From positions 1,575 to 65,574 of the forward strand of contig CAZQYX010000006.1 of the NCBI GenBank assembly GCA_964597665.1: DNA of 64,000 nt, written 5' to 3'. This document shows positions 1 to 9,392 of this stretch, in pieces. Made by a program: the position numbers and the translations under genes. The notes below the pieces were generated by a model. That model made no database searches, was not told the DNA's origin, and was given only the letters and a program-made list of their open reading frames with translations. Within the stretch, counting starts at the first letter, position 1, and the number at the start of each line of letters is the position of its first letter. Source of the stretch: an uncultured Candidatus Peribacteria bacterium. GTDB lineage: Bacteria > Patescibacteriota > Gracilibacteria > Peribacterales > Peribacteraceae.

Positions 1-225
1 TTGCTCAGTCCGGAGCAGCTGCTTCAGCAAATCGATGCTGCACAGTCGATGCAGAGGTCGAATCGTGCAAAGGCAGCGATCAGTCCAAAGAAAACACTCA
101 CCATCAAGCAGAAAGCCGAGCAAAGGCAGCGGAAAAGGAAACAGTTTATAGAGATGCTTCTGAAACTGGAGAAAGCGAAAGAATCAATTCAGAAACAGAG
201 TGAGGAGAAGAAGAAATTACCTTAG
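1..225 (+). CDS. 3' end of a CDS entering from upstream; charged Lys/Gln/Glu-rich tail, function unknown
   Basis: Open frame from window edge to TAG 223-225; low-complexity tail KQKAEQRQRKRKQ...EEKKK; no recognisable domain. Confidence 0.35.
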   Translation: MLSPEQLLQQIDAAQSMQRSNRAKAAISPKKTLTIKQKAEQRQRKRKQFIEMLLKLEKAKESIQKQSEEKKKLP

Positions 226-662
226 GCCTTGAGCAAATCCAAGTCAGCAAGGACGTCGGATGCATGAGAAGCGCAGTCAAATCCATGGTAGATCTTCTCG
301 ATGATACCCTTGGGGCTGATGAGGAATGAGGTACGCTTCGGAAGCGTTTTTCCATCGACTCCGTAGCAGGAAATAAGGCTTCGTTCCGGATCTGAGAGAA
401 GAGGAAATGGTAGAGCATATTTCGACGCAAATTTTTTATGGCTTTCCGCAGCATCTGCACTGACACCCAGCACTGTAACTTTTGAGAGTAGATCTTTGGA
501 CCGATCACGAAACCCGCATGCCTCGGCTGTGCAGCCGGGCGTATCATCCTTCGGATAGAAATAGAGCAGGTACTTCTTCCCTGAAAATTCATCTGATGTT
601 CTCTTCCTGCCTTCATGATCGAACGCAGTCCATGCCGGTGCGGTGTCTCCTACTGTGAGCAT
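222..662 (-). CDS. bcp: Thiol peroxidase / peroxiredoxin, Bcp type
   Basis: 146 aa; YFYPKDDTPGCTAEAC peroxidatic-Cys motif; typical Bcp length. Confidence 0.9.
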   Translation of the reverse strand: MLTVGDTAPAWTAFDHEGRKRTSDEFSGKKYLLYFYPKDDTPGCTAEACGFRDRSKDLLSKVTVLGVSADAAESHKKFASKYALPFPLLSDPERSLISCYGVDGKTLPKRTSFLISPKGIIEKIYHGFDCASHASDVLADLDLLKA

Positions 663-671
663 AAATGCGAG

Positions 672-747
672 TGGTCGGAGCGAAAGGACTCGAACCTTCG
701 GCCTCGTGGTCCCGAACCACGCGCTCTACCAACTGAGCTACGCCCCG
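672..747 (-). tRNA. tRNA-Pro (anticodon CGG), CCA encoded
   Basis: Reverse complement reads CGGGGCG TAGCTCAGTTGGTAGAGC ... CGTGG TTCGGGA CCACG ... GAAGGTTCGAGTCCTTT CGCTCCG A CCA; 7-bp acceptor, T-loop TTCGAGT, anticodon loop TT-CGG-GA. Confidence 0.9.
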
Positions 748-825
748 ACAGAACTAGGATGATGGTAAGAAATGAACAGGGGTCGAGCGCGCGCTTTTTT
801 CTGCGCCTTGCTTCGCTCGGCTACG

Positions 826-844
826 CAACTGAGCTACGCCCCGA
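826..844 (-). repeat. Exact 19-nt duplicate of the 5' end of tRNA-Pro (copy of 730-748), 77 nt upstream of the real gene
   Basis: CAACTGAGCTACGCCCCGA occurs at 730-748 and 826-844. The sequence after the upstream copy does not fold into a tRNA. Confidence 0.8.
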
Positions 845-1125
845 TTTCTTTTTTATACTACAGAATGAAGCTCATAGTTCCAATGAAACATTGCTTTGCT
901 GAGAATAAGAAATACTAAGCACACTTATTGAACACAAAAGTTGTTCATATTTTCTGGACAAAAGAAAAGCAGCCTTTACAATTCGCAACCTTTTTTACGA
1001 ACTATGAACCCAACATTTCGCATCTCCAGAGGCTTATCGCTGCGTTTACTCGTAACGCACATGGTTCTCATCACGCTTGTGACAGTAGCCATGCTTATAA
1101 GCCTTCCGACGAATAACCTGATCGG

Positions 1126-1629
1126 TTAGGCGGGCTTCATCGTGCCCTGTGCCACAAGACCTTGGCTACCCTGACCCTCATTCGGAAGCAGGTAGATCAG
1201 AATTGAGGTAAAACTTTTGACGTCGTCGTCCGTGACAAGCTTCGCGGAATGCCTGACATCACCGACAATGCTTTCCAGTTTGCCAACCTCGATCAGTCCC
1301 TTCGGAGAACCGTCGGAGAGCATGACTAAATAGTGACTGCCTTCGGGCGCAGGGAGAATATTGACGTTCACCGTGAGTACGGAAGTGCCGTCTTCAAACG
1401 TCGGAAAATACGCGACTCCGTTTGCCTTGGACTCCCCTACTCCATCGACAGATCCGTACATAAACGCAACTTGTTTGCCATGCTCGGGATCAACGGAACC
1501 TTGGTACACCGTATTATACTTCTGAACCTCGAGAACTTTATCCTCAACTATTTCAACTTCTTTTTCTTTCGAGCCACAAGCGGAGAGCACGAGAAGTGAA
1601 ACAAGAAAGAGTGATGCAAATTTATTCAT
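1126..1629 (-). CDS. Hypothetical lipoprotein
   Basis: Internal start MNKFASLFLVSLLVLSACGS gives signal peptide plus lipobox (LSAC). The longer ORF-track start at 1701 adds a non-signal extension. Confidence 0.65.
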   Translation of the reverse strand: MNKFASLFLVSLLVLSACGSKEKEVEIVEDKVLEVQKYNTVYQGSVDPEHGKQVAFMYGSVDGVGESKANGVAYFPTFEDGTSVLTVNVNILPAPEGSHYLVMLSDGSPKGLIEVGKLESIVGDVRHSAKLVTDDDVKSFTSILIYLLPNEGQGSQGLVAQGTMKPA

Positions 1630-1705
1630 AGAATACATGGGGAAGAACACGCTGATCTTACTGCGAGGAAGCATAGAAGCAAAAGCGATGCGCCTTGACA
1701 TGCTT

Positions 1706-3670
1706 TCACCAAAGAAGTCCCCTTGGTCGGGCTGAAAGCCTCAAACGTTCTAGGTCGGCATGCTCTCGACTTCTGCGCTCCAATGCTGCATAGACAGGAG
1801 CATCCGACGGATAGACACCAGAAAGAAGATCAGCAAGTTTCGTCATCTCTTCCACATTCGAAGACAGTGCAATGAAGTGCGTATTCTCTTGAATCGCAAG
1901 ACCGAAGTCATTCATCAAAAGCTCAAATTCATGTCGTCTTGAATCCAGCGCGCCCTTGTCGCCGCGAAGCAGTTCGACAAGCACGCGAGTAATACCGAGA
2001 TCGTTATATCGCCCAAAGCGGTAAGCGGTCTCAAACGCATCCAAAGCATCCTTCGTCTTTTCTTCTTTGAGAAAAAGATCACCCTGTAATTTCCAGATGC
2101 GATAGTCCTCAGCATTCAGGTTCATTGCGTGTGTGATTGCCTCCTGCGCATCTTTCGGTCTGTCATTTGCAAGATGAATGCGTGCTCTACTCAGCCAAGC
2201 GTCTCTTGGAAAGAGAGATGGGTCTGTTTCGGAGTACCAATGCATCGCAGCCACATCATTCCCTGCCTTCTCCGCTCTGCGTGCAAAAGAACTAAAAAGA
2301 AGAAATCGTCCCTCGAGAAGTGTGATGAAGAGCAATGCGAGTGCAACAAGAGCTGACACACTGTTCTGCCAAAAACACATACCAGCTTTGACACGCGAAA
2401 CTCTCGGCACGATCAAGCCGAGTCCTAACCAGAAGGGTAGTGCGATACCGACGAACTGGAGATTGTAGTCGATCAGGTTATGCAGCAGCACTCCGACAAT
2501 GCTGACGATCAGCAATAACTGAAGCACTGAATTATTTTCCATTTTCAATTTCCCCCGTCCGACCGCATCCGGGCGGGCATTTTCAATTTTCCAGATGCTT
2601 TGTAGGCAGTAGAAAATAAGGAAAGCGAAGATAATCGCTGCCGCGATTCCCCTCTCCATTGCAAACTTTAGAAAAACATTGTGCGGATGATCGGACGTTG
2701 CGAGTACGTCGGTTTGTACATGTGGCTGCAGAAAACGAAAACTGTACGGACCGAATCCGAGCAGTGGCTTCTGCTTCATGAAGAAGAGAGCCTGAGTCCA
2801 GAATTGGCTGCGCTCCGAAACGGAGGAGGTTCCTTCGGCCGCTGTGAATGTCACTTTTTGAGCGACAGATTCAACGGAATGAAATCTGGAACGAAGTGCA
2901 TTCGACGCGAGAAAGAAAACGAGAGAAACAAGAAGAACAGAGAGAGCAGTGCTGGCGATCTTTTTTGGCGGAAGCATCATCCTGTATCGCAGCAACCACA
3001 CTGCACTGCAGAGAAGAATCTGAATGAAGAAGACGAGAAGTCCTCCTCTGGAGTAACTCAGCAACAGACAACTCAGAATGAAACCTATGACGAGAATTTT
3101 TATCAAACGACTGCGTTCTCCTGTCCTTCCAAAGAGTGACCAAGTGGCAAGGGGCCATGCGAAGAGGAGAAATTCCGCCCATGCATTCGGCCAGTAGTCA
3201 GTCGAGAAACGAAAGTCGAGGAAGGTTCCGACGAAGCGACTGACAGGCTGAAGCGTGTACACAAGCATGCCGATACCGCAGGCGATGAGTGCGCTGCAGG
3301 CGATGACACGTGCGAAACGCGACCTGAAACGTGGAAGTTCGGCCTCTGGAAGAGAGAGTGCAAACTGAAAGAGGAGAAAAAGCGACGCTGTCTGCAGGAG
3401 TTCATCGAAGCCGTAGTTTCTCGTTTCGGAAAAGAGAAAACTGAGAATCGTCCAGAGAAGAAAAAGAAGAGCGAGCGACCAAGGCACCGCTGAGGCTGAT
3501 TGCTTCTGTTCCCGGTGAAGAAAGAAAGCGGAAGCCAGCGTCACGAAAGAGGTGGTCAGGGAAAGAATCCACGTTGCATCCAGAGCCTTGCCGCCCTTCC
3601 AGAGAATTGAGAAAACAACGAGAAGGAGGATGGCGCAGGTAAGGGTGGAACGTTGAAGCCGAACGGTCAT
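1706..3670 (-). CDS. O-antigen ligase/polymerase-like (Wzy_C-type) polytopic membrane protein with C-terminal TPR-like repeats
   Basis: About 10 TM segments; SYSRGGLLVFF and HPHNVFLKFAMERGI motifs typical of O-antigen ligase family; C-terminal helical repeats (...AWLSRARIHLANDRPKDAQEAITHAMNLNAEDYRIWKLQGDLFLKEEKTKDALDAFE...). Start trimmed to MTVRLQR (3670) to avoid overlapping msrB. Confidence 0.72.
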   Translation of the reverse strand: MTVRLQRSTLTCAILLLVVFSILWKGGKALDATWILSLTTSFVTLASAFFLHREQKQSASAVPWSLALLFLLWTILSFLFSETRNYGFDELLQTASLFLLFQFALSLPEAELPRFRSRFARVIACSALIACGIGMLVYTLQPVSRFVGTFLDFRFSTDYWPNAWAEFLLFAWPLATWSLFGRTGERSRLIKILVIGFILSCLLLSYSRGGLLVFFIQILLCSAVWLLRYRMMLPPKKIASTALSVLLVSLVFFLASNALRSRFHSVESVAQKVTFTAAEGTSSVSERSQFWTQALFFMKQKPLLGFGPYSFRFLQPHVQTDVLATSDHPHNVFLKFAMERGIAAAIIFAFLIFYCLQSIWKIENARPDAVGRGKLKMENNSVLQLLLIVSIVGVLLHNLIDYNLQFVGIALPFWLGLGLIVPRVSRVKAGMCFWQNSVSALVALALLFITLLEGRFLLFSSFARRAEKAGNDVAAMHWYSETDPSLFPRDAWLSRARIHLANDRPKDAQEAITHAMNLNAEDYRIWKLQGDLFLKEEKTKDALDAFETAYRFGRYNDLGITRVLVELLRGDKGALDSRRHEFELLMNDFGLAIQENTHFIALSSNVEEMTKLADLLSGVYPSDAPVYAALERRSREHADLERLRLSARPRGLLW

Positions 3671-3710
3671 GGGATCATGATAGCGCAGAGGTGTATACTG
3701 ACTGTAATCT

Positions 3711-4070
3711 ATGAAGCTGAATCCTCTCTCGCCGGCAGAGAAAGAGATCATCGAGGATAAAGGGACGGAAGCGCCGCACTCGGGGGAATTCGACAACTTC
3801 TTCGAAGAAGGCACGTTTATCTGTAGGCGCTGCAATGCACCTCTCTATACCTCAGACAGCAAGTTTCACTCTCGGTGCGGCTGGCCGAGCTTCGATCAGG
3901 AGATAAGCGGTGCGGTGAAGCGCGTACCGGATGCTGACGGACACAGAGTCGAGATTCAGTGCAACAATTGCGACGCTCACCTCGGTCATGTCTTCGAAGG
4001 TGAGCACTTCACCGAGAAGAACACCCGTCACTGCGTGAATTCACTATCGATGAAGTTCATTCCGGCATAA
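3711..4070 (+). CDS. msrB: Peptide-methionine (R)-S-oxide reductase
   Basis: 119 aa; two CxxC pairs (CRRC, CNNC), GWPSF and RHCVNS catalytic motif. Confidence 0.95.
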   Translation: MKLNPLSPAEKEIIEDKGTEAPHSGEFDNFFEEGTFICRRCNAPLYTSDSKFHSRCGWPSFDQEISGAVKRVPDADGHRVEIQCNNCDAHLGHVFEGEHFTEKNTRHCVNSLSMKFIPA

Positions 4071-4691
4071 CTATTCACTTTTCCAGTACGGGATCATGTC
4101 AGGCATGTAGTCCTCGAGAACTGCATCTTTCGGGATGACGGTGAGGGGGTCAATGAACGTAGCGACCTCTTCCTCGCTCTGAACATATCCGCGTATATCA
4201 AGATTCTTGCCGCGGTGAATGCCCAGGTGAAGGTGCTTGCGGTTTTCGTCGGTATCATGACTCCTCGCCGGTCCAAGGAGTGCGATCTGTTTGCCGGCAA
4301 CGACCGATGTGCCATTCTTTGGCAAACTGCCAAGAAGTAGATGTCCGTAGATGACGGTGACCGGTTCACCAGCAATCGTACAACGATGGACCAATAGTCC
4401 TCCATATCCTTCTGCAAATCCGCTAAAAACTACTTTGCCCGAGCACAGTGCGAAAACAGGAACGTCTGCATCGAGTTCTCCGTTTGTCACTTCGAAATCA
4501 GTCGCCACATGATACCCGCTGAAACGCTCGGGGGGAGTGATGGGGTTGTCTTCGGGATTGGGCGTAACGTGCAAACCGAATGTCAAAACAGTCGGACGTG
4601 AGGAGCCCTTGGAAATGGGGTGTCGCATAGCCTCGGCGGTGCATGCTGAGAGCAGCACGCTAAGACACAGCACGGAAAAAGAGTGTCTCAT
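4071..4691 (-). CDS. M23 family metallopeptidase (secreted/lipoprotein)
   Basis: HLHLGIHRG (HxH) and VIYGHL motifs; signal peptide MRHSFSVLCLSVLLSAC from internal start at 4691. Confidence 0.8.
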   Translation of the reverse strand: MRHSFSVLCLSVLLSACTAEAMRHPISKGSSRPTVLTFGLHVTPNPEDNPITPPERFSGYHVATDFEVTNGELDADVPVFALCSGKVVFSGFAEGYGGLLVHRCTIAGEPVTVIYGHLLLGSLPKNGTSVVAGKQIALLGPARSHDTDENRKHLHLGIHRGKNLDIRGYVQSEEEVATFIDPLTVIPKDAVLEDYMPDMIPYWKSE

Positions 4692-4839
4692 GGAGTGGTA
4701 GTAAAGATACTTCAAAAGACGAAGAAGGAATCCTTTCCTTACAGGATCCGGCTTGCGCCGAATGTATGCCTCGTAAGAATGCAATGCGTCAGCCGTCTTC
4801 AGATCAGTAAGAGTCCTTCTACTTCTTCCCCATCCTTAT

Positions 4840-5019
4840 ATGGCAGCAGATCTCAAGCAACAAATGAGAGTTCTGGAACAGGAGAAAAGAGATACGGAAG
4901 CACTCCTGAGACAGCAACGCGAAATTCTTCGAAAAGAGAAGGCTCAGATCGCCAGAGAGATATCGCAAATGCACACCCAGCAAAGAGAAGTCTCAAGCGA
5001 ACTTAGTAAGTTGGGCTAG
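4840..5019 (+). CDS. Possible 59-aa coiled-coil protein (below the ORF-track cutoff)
   Basis: ATG 4840 to TAG 5017-5019; MAADLKQQMRVLEQEKRDTEALLRQQREILRKEKAQIAREISQMHTQQREVSSELSKLG; heptad-like charged sequence; followed by a UUCG-capped hairpin; no homology evidence. Confidence 0.3.
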   Translation: MAADLKQQMRVLEQEKRDTEALLRQQREILRKEKAQIAREISQMHTQQREVSSELSKLG

Positions 5020-5125
5020 CGTTCCGTAGATGCCCGGCTTCGCCTTCGGGCTACGCCGAGGCATCCGGCACACTACGAAATCACGGCGTAGTCTCAGCTG
5101 CTTCGAGCAGCTGGACGAAGCCGGA

Positions 5126-5212
5126 TGGTGCCGATGGCGAGACTCGAACTCGCACAAGATTGCTCTTACACGCTCCTGAAGCGTGCGCGTCTACCAATTC
5201 CGCCACATCGGC
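5126..5212 (-). tRNA. tRNA-Leu (anticodon CAG), long variable arm, CCA encoded
   Basis: Reverse complement GCCGATG TGGCGGAATTGGTAGACGC ... CACGC TTCAGGA GCGTG + variable arm + GCGAGTTCGAGTCTCGC CATCGGC A CCA. Confidence 0.9.
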
Positions 5213-5291
5213 ACGATGATGAAATGAGCGCAAACATTCTACACGATCTTTCTGGCTTCCGCTTTCATGAGACACTACAGTTCATCTCACT

Positions 5292-7760
5292 ATGCACAAA
5301 ACCTTAAGCGCCACTCTCGTCATAACACTATTTCTTTCGGCATGTGGCCCCTCGCTCAAGCCAGGCACCATGGAGAAAACTGGCAGTGCCTCGTCACTCC
5401 CTCTCTTCGAGAGCGCTCCCATCGATATGGGCAACGTCACAATCAGCCCCGAACTTTCGGCGCCGTTTTCCCTGAACGACGTGAAGAATATTCAGGAGAT
5501 GGCAAAGGCCTATGAGATCACACTCAGTGCAAAAGATCTGAAGCGTCTCGAGAAGGAGAAATTCATTCTGAAGAGACTGACGGACACGAATATTGTCCCA
5601 AAACTCACGGATGAGCGAGGCAGGGAATTTCTGGGACTCTACAACGCCGTTGCGGGTGGTGACGAAAAATCAAGAACACAGGCAAATACTTTGTTCTGGA
5701 GTGCGGATGTCTTTCTGCATTCGTACACGCTGCTGATCACGGAACTGTTAAAAGAAATGGAGAACACGGTGTTCGCTCCGAACATGGCCACGCTCAGCAA
5801 TAAATTTTTAGAAGCCGCCTCGAAGAAGCTGGCATCGGCAAAAAGTGACACGGACAAACTGAAGTGGAAGAAAATCCGGAACTACTTCGCTATCCCCGCT
5901 GCCATTCTCAGTACGTCGATTCCCCCGCTGAGTGATAGTAGCTATATGGATAGCAACGGAATGAGACTCGATCCGGAGCTTGTGATGAAAGAATTCAAAG
6001 AGAAGGACAAAGCAGCAGACACGATAGAAGCTGCGAAAGCATTCATCGACAAGCTTGAACTCGACAGCGAGAGCAAGAAGCTCGTCCTCGAGGACCTCGA
6101 ACGTATTTATAAGGCTGAAGAACCGGGCATTCCATCGATCCTCGCTCCGGAATACAAAGAATATGCAGAGAAGACCGACATCACATTCAAGGTCGATTTT
6201 TCGCAGTTCACACCACGGAGCCACTACACATCGAGCTCTCTTCGACGGCAGTACTTCCGCGCAATGAACTGGTACATTCAGGTGCCGTTCTTCCTCGGCA
6301 GCGACGCTCTCACGACGTATGCATTCGGAGTCAGTGATCTTTTAGCAGAGCATCCGGAGGAACTGAAAAAGTACAGCCTCCTCGAATCGACGATCAATTT
6401 CCTCGTGGGCACGAGCGATGACCTCATGCCTGTTGACTACCTAAATGCACTGAGGGAAACAAAGGGGAAACCGGATCAGGAAAAAGAAATTCTTCAGTAT
6501 CTGCAAACGGTGAAGCAACCGAAGATCAAGAGTCTTGCGGCGCTCTACCCGACAGTCGGAGAGAAACAGTCCGGAGATGTTCTGAATGCAACGACCGGCA
6601 TGCGTTTCTTCAGCGGTAAGTTCATTCTCGATTCGTACTGGACAGGCTACCTCACACAAGGAGATGAGGCGCCACGTCCGGGCTACACCCAAAAGCTGCC
6701 ACCGATGGCATCATCACTTCAGGTGATGGCACTGCTTGGATCGGAGTACGCACGATCGAAAATTCCAACTCTCGACTTCTACAATGCAGGAAATAAAGAT
6801 GCTATCGATCAGGCAATGAACGACCTCACAAAGGAAACCTCGGCCATGACAGATGCCGATTGGAACAAGAACGCGTACTCGTCAACGCTCTCGGTTATTC
6901 GTGGTCTTTTCAGTTTCGATCAAGAGAATAAAATTCAATTGCCTCAGTTCATGCAAGGCGAGACATGGCCTGCCAAGAATTTGCAGACTGGTGCAGGATT
7001 TTGGACAGAAGCACGGCACACGGTTCTTTTGTATGCAAAGCAGTCATTCGCAGAAAAAGGCGGAGGAGGCGGATGTGATGCGAGAACAGTACCGGAACCC
7101 GCAAAAGTCTATATCGAGCCGCAGCCTCTTGCATACAGGAGGCTCCGGGCACTTGCGATGAAGCTTGATGGACTCAAAACCCTTGGATTCACGCTCAAGA
7201 ACTTTGGGCCGCTCTCTTCGTTCGTCTCCGTGATGGATACTGTCATCGCCTACACAGATAAAGAACTTGCAAATACGAAACTGACGGAGACGGTTACAGA
7301 ACATAGCGATCCGGATATCGATCAGCCAAGCGGCAAGTGCGTCTGGTACGAAATCACGCAGAGCGACTGGGAGACGCTTCGAAAGGGACTCCTGAGAGAT
7401 TTGGATGCAGCGCTTCCCTATCCGGTCGAGGGCCCGGTACTCACGGCAAAAGATAAGCGCGCGGCCATCGTCGCCGATGTTCACACGGGCGGAGATTCAC
7501 TTCACGACACCGAGATTCTGTATCAAGGAACAGGTGTGCCGTACGTGATTCTCACTGCCGTGCAGGATAGTAACGGCCCGAGACTTAGCATCGGATTTAC
7601 GTACTCGCAATTCGAATTCAGGAAGCCCATCGGAAAGCGCATGACCGACGAACAGTGGCAGGAAGTTTTCTACAAGGGAACCGATGACAACCAGCCTTTC
7701 GACTATACGTCCTCCTCCGCATGGCCAAAGCTAAACAGCTGGTACGCACCGCTCTTCTAG
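5292..7760 (+). CDS. Large secreted lipoprotein, function unknown (possibly DUF3160-type; recalled from memory, unverified)
   Basis: 822 aa; MHKTLSATLVITLFLSACGPS signal plus lipobox; FTPRSHYTSSSLRRQYFRAMNWY segment resembles DUF3160 proteins. Confidence 0.6.
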   Translation: MHKTLSATLVITLFLSACGPSLKPGTMEKTGSASSLPLFESAPIDMGNVTISPELSAPFSLNDVKNIQEMAKAYEITLSAKDLKRLEKEKFILKRLTDTNIVPKLTDERGREFLGLYNAVAGGDEKSRTQANTLFWSADVFLHSYTLLITELLKEMENTVFAPNMATLSNKFLEAASKKLASAKSDTDKLKWKKIRNYFAIPAAILSTSIPPLSDSSYMDSNGMRLDPELVMKEFKEKDKAADTIEAAKAFIDKLELDSESKKLVLEDLERIYKAEEPGIPSILAPEYKEYAEKTDITFKVDFSQFTPRSHYTSSSLRRQYFRAMNWYIQVPFFLGSDALTTYAFGVSDLLAEHPEELKKYSLLESTINFLVGTSDDLMPVDYLNALRETKGKPDQEKEILQYLQTVKQPKIKSLAALYPTVGEKQSGDVLNATTGMRFFSGKFILDSYWTGYLTQGDEAPRPGYTQKLPPMASSLQVMALLGSEYARSKIPTLDFYNAGNKDAIDQAMNDLTKETSAMTDADWNKNAYSSTLSVIRGLFSFDQENKIQLPQFMQGETWPAKNLQTGAGFWTEARHTVLLYAKQSFAEKGGGGGCDARTVPEPAKVYIEPQPLAYRRLRALAMKLDGLKTLGFTLKNFGPLSSFVSVMDTVIAYTDKELANTKLTETVTEHSDPDIDQPSGKCVWYEITQSDWETLRKGLLRDLDAALPYPVEGPVLTAKDKRAAIVADVHTGGDSLHDTEILYQGTGVPYVILTAVQDSNGPRLSIGFTYSQFEFRKPIGKRMTDEQWQEVFYKGTDDNQPFDYTSSSAWPKLNSWYAPLF

Positions 7761-9385
7761 TCCCGGTCCTCTCTACCTTCCTGCTTGCGGCGTGCACGCA
7801 GGGAGACCGTAGCAGCTATTCCATAATCTCTGCGGTCATCGAGTCCCCTCTCGGAACTCCTGAACTACAAACAATTTTTCAGGGACTATTCGATGCATCA
7901 AAGCTTGTACAAACTGGTTCGACTCCGGAAATTCCTGTCCTGATTGTTCCGCATCACCTTACTGCTGCCGTCACGATTGCAGCAGGTGTCAGCTCGTTAC
8001 AAAGACAAAAACCGACATCGATTCTCCTCTTGTCTCCCGATCACTTCGACCAATGCAAAACTTTTCTGTGCGCAAGCAATCTTCGCTTCAAAACAGCACT
8101 CGGTGAAACGGAACCGGACAACGATATTCTCGATGTCCTGCATGCATCGCCGCTTGTGTCGGAGCAGAAGGAACTGTTTCAGCGTGAACACGGCATTCTG
8201 TCTGTTACGCCTTTCATTACAAAGCTGCTCCCGGGGACTCGCGTCACACCACTCGTCATCAGAATCCGTCCTGATTGGAAATCGCACCAGGAAGAACTTC
8301 TCGATGTGATTCGACGTGCAACGAAGCACGGTACCGTACTTCTTGTCAGCAGCGACTTCTCACACTATCTGCCGCTTTCAGAGGCCGATGCCGCTGATGA
8401 GAAAACTGCTCAGGTGCTTTTCTCAAGAGATTTCAGAGGTATTGCAAATCTGGAGAATCCTTCGCAGAGCGACTGCCCTGCCTGTCTCTGGATCGCTGCA
8501 AAGATTGCCTCTGAAAGCTCCGCTTACAATCCGTCAGTACTTCTGCACACAAATTCCGCTCGTCTACTCAACGATGAGAATGTTGCTTCCACAACAAGCC
8601 ACTTTGCCATTGCCTTCTACAAAAATGCAGAGCTCTCGTCGCAGAGTACTGCCTTTGCAGGAGATGTCACCATCACGCGTACGGGGAGCGGCAGGACTCC
8701 GATGCTCTCCAAAGCAATCCAAGATTTTTGGTCAGGAACAGGAGCACGATTCGTGAACCTCGAAGGACCGCTTGGAGAGGATTGCGTACCGGACAGCAAT
8801 CCGTACATCTTCTGCAATCCGATGCAGATCTGGATGAAGATACGAAATCTCGCGACGCACTGGAGTATCGAAAATAATCACAAACTTGATCAGGCCGAAG
8901 AAGGCTATGCGCTCACTCGTGCACACATCGACGATGCAAAAGAGAACGTTCTGAGTGACAATGCTTCGATCATCAACGGAATGCGAGTGTTTGCGCTCAC
9001 AAACATCATCAATCCTGTTGCCAAAGCATCGAAGGCGGCAATCGGTCTGCAGTACACAAAAGTCATTGCTGCATTGCAGACCGGAAGCGGCTCAGAGGTC
9101 CCGCAAGTGGTATTCGTTCATGCAGGAACCGAATTCAATGCACTCACTACAGTTAGCGAGAAGCGGTATCTTCGAAGCTTCGTCGATGCGGGAGCCGATG
9201 CAGTCATTGCTGTTCACAGTCACATACCGAGTGATATGGAAATGTACAGAGGGGCACCGATCTTCCATGGGCTTGGTAACTTTCTCTTCGACCAACACGA
9301 TGCAGTTGCGACATCGACTGCGAAGATTGTGAGGCTAGAGCAATCGGGAACAGGAGTGGTGTTTGAGACACTGACTGCGAGGTAA
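7721..9385 (+). CDS. Fusion lipoprotein: N-terminal Memo/AmmeMemoRadiSam-B-like domain plus C-terminal CapA (poly-gamma-glutamate synthesis, metallophosphatase-like) domain
   Basis: Lipobox LLAAC; Memo-like motifs LIVPHHLTAA, LLSPDHF, VSSDFSHYLP; CapA-like VFVHAGTEF...GADAVIAVHSHIPS...FHGLGNFLFDQ; 40-nt overlap with the upstream gene. Confidence 0.68.
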   Translation: MAKAKQLVRTALLVPVLSTFLLAACTQGDRSSYSIISAVIESPLGTPELQTIFQGLFDASKLVQTGSTPEIPVLIVPHHLTAAVTIAAGVSSLQRQKPTSILLLSPDHFDQCKTFLCASNLRFKTALGETEPDNDILDVLHASPLVSEQKELFQREHGILSVTPFITKLLPGTRVTPLVIRIRPDWKSHQEELLDVIRRATKHGTVLLVSSDFSHYLPLSEADAADEKTAQVLFSRDFRGIANLENPSQSDCPACLWIAAKIASESSAYNPSVLLHTNSARLLNDENVASTTSHFAIAFYKNAELSSQSTAFAGDVTITRTGSGRTPMLSKAIQDFWSGTGARFVNLEGPLGEDCVPDSNPYIFCNPMQIWMKIRNLATHWSIENNHKLDQAEEGYALTRAHIDDAKENVLSDNASIINGMRVFALTNIINPVAKASKAAIGLQYTKVIAALQTGSGSEVPQVVFVHAGTEFNALTTVSEKRYLRSFVDAGADAVIAVHSHIPSDMEMYRGAPIFHGLGNFLFDQHDAVATSTAKIVRLEQSGTGVVFETLTAR

Positions 9386-9392
9386 GAGCACT

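Noticed and set aside
781-845. Second tRNA gene upstream of tRNA-Pro
   Set aside because: Only the first 18-19 nt match a tRNA. The remainder cannot form anticodon or T arms, and no matching 3' acceptor strand exists.
928-1129. Two overlapping 62-aa ORFs on the + strand
   Set aside because: No supporting features. One reads into the 3' end of the convergent lipoprotein gene. The region is probably non-coding promoter or terminator space.
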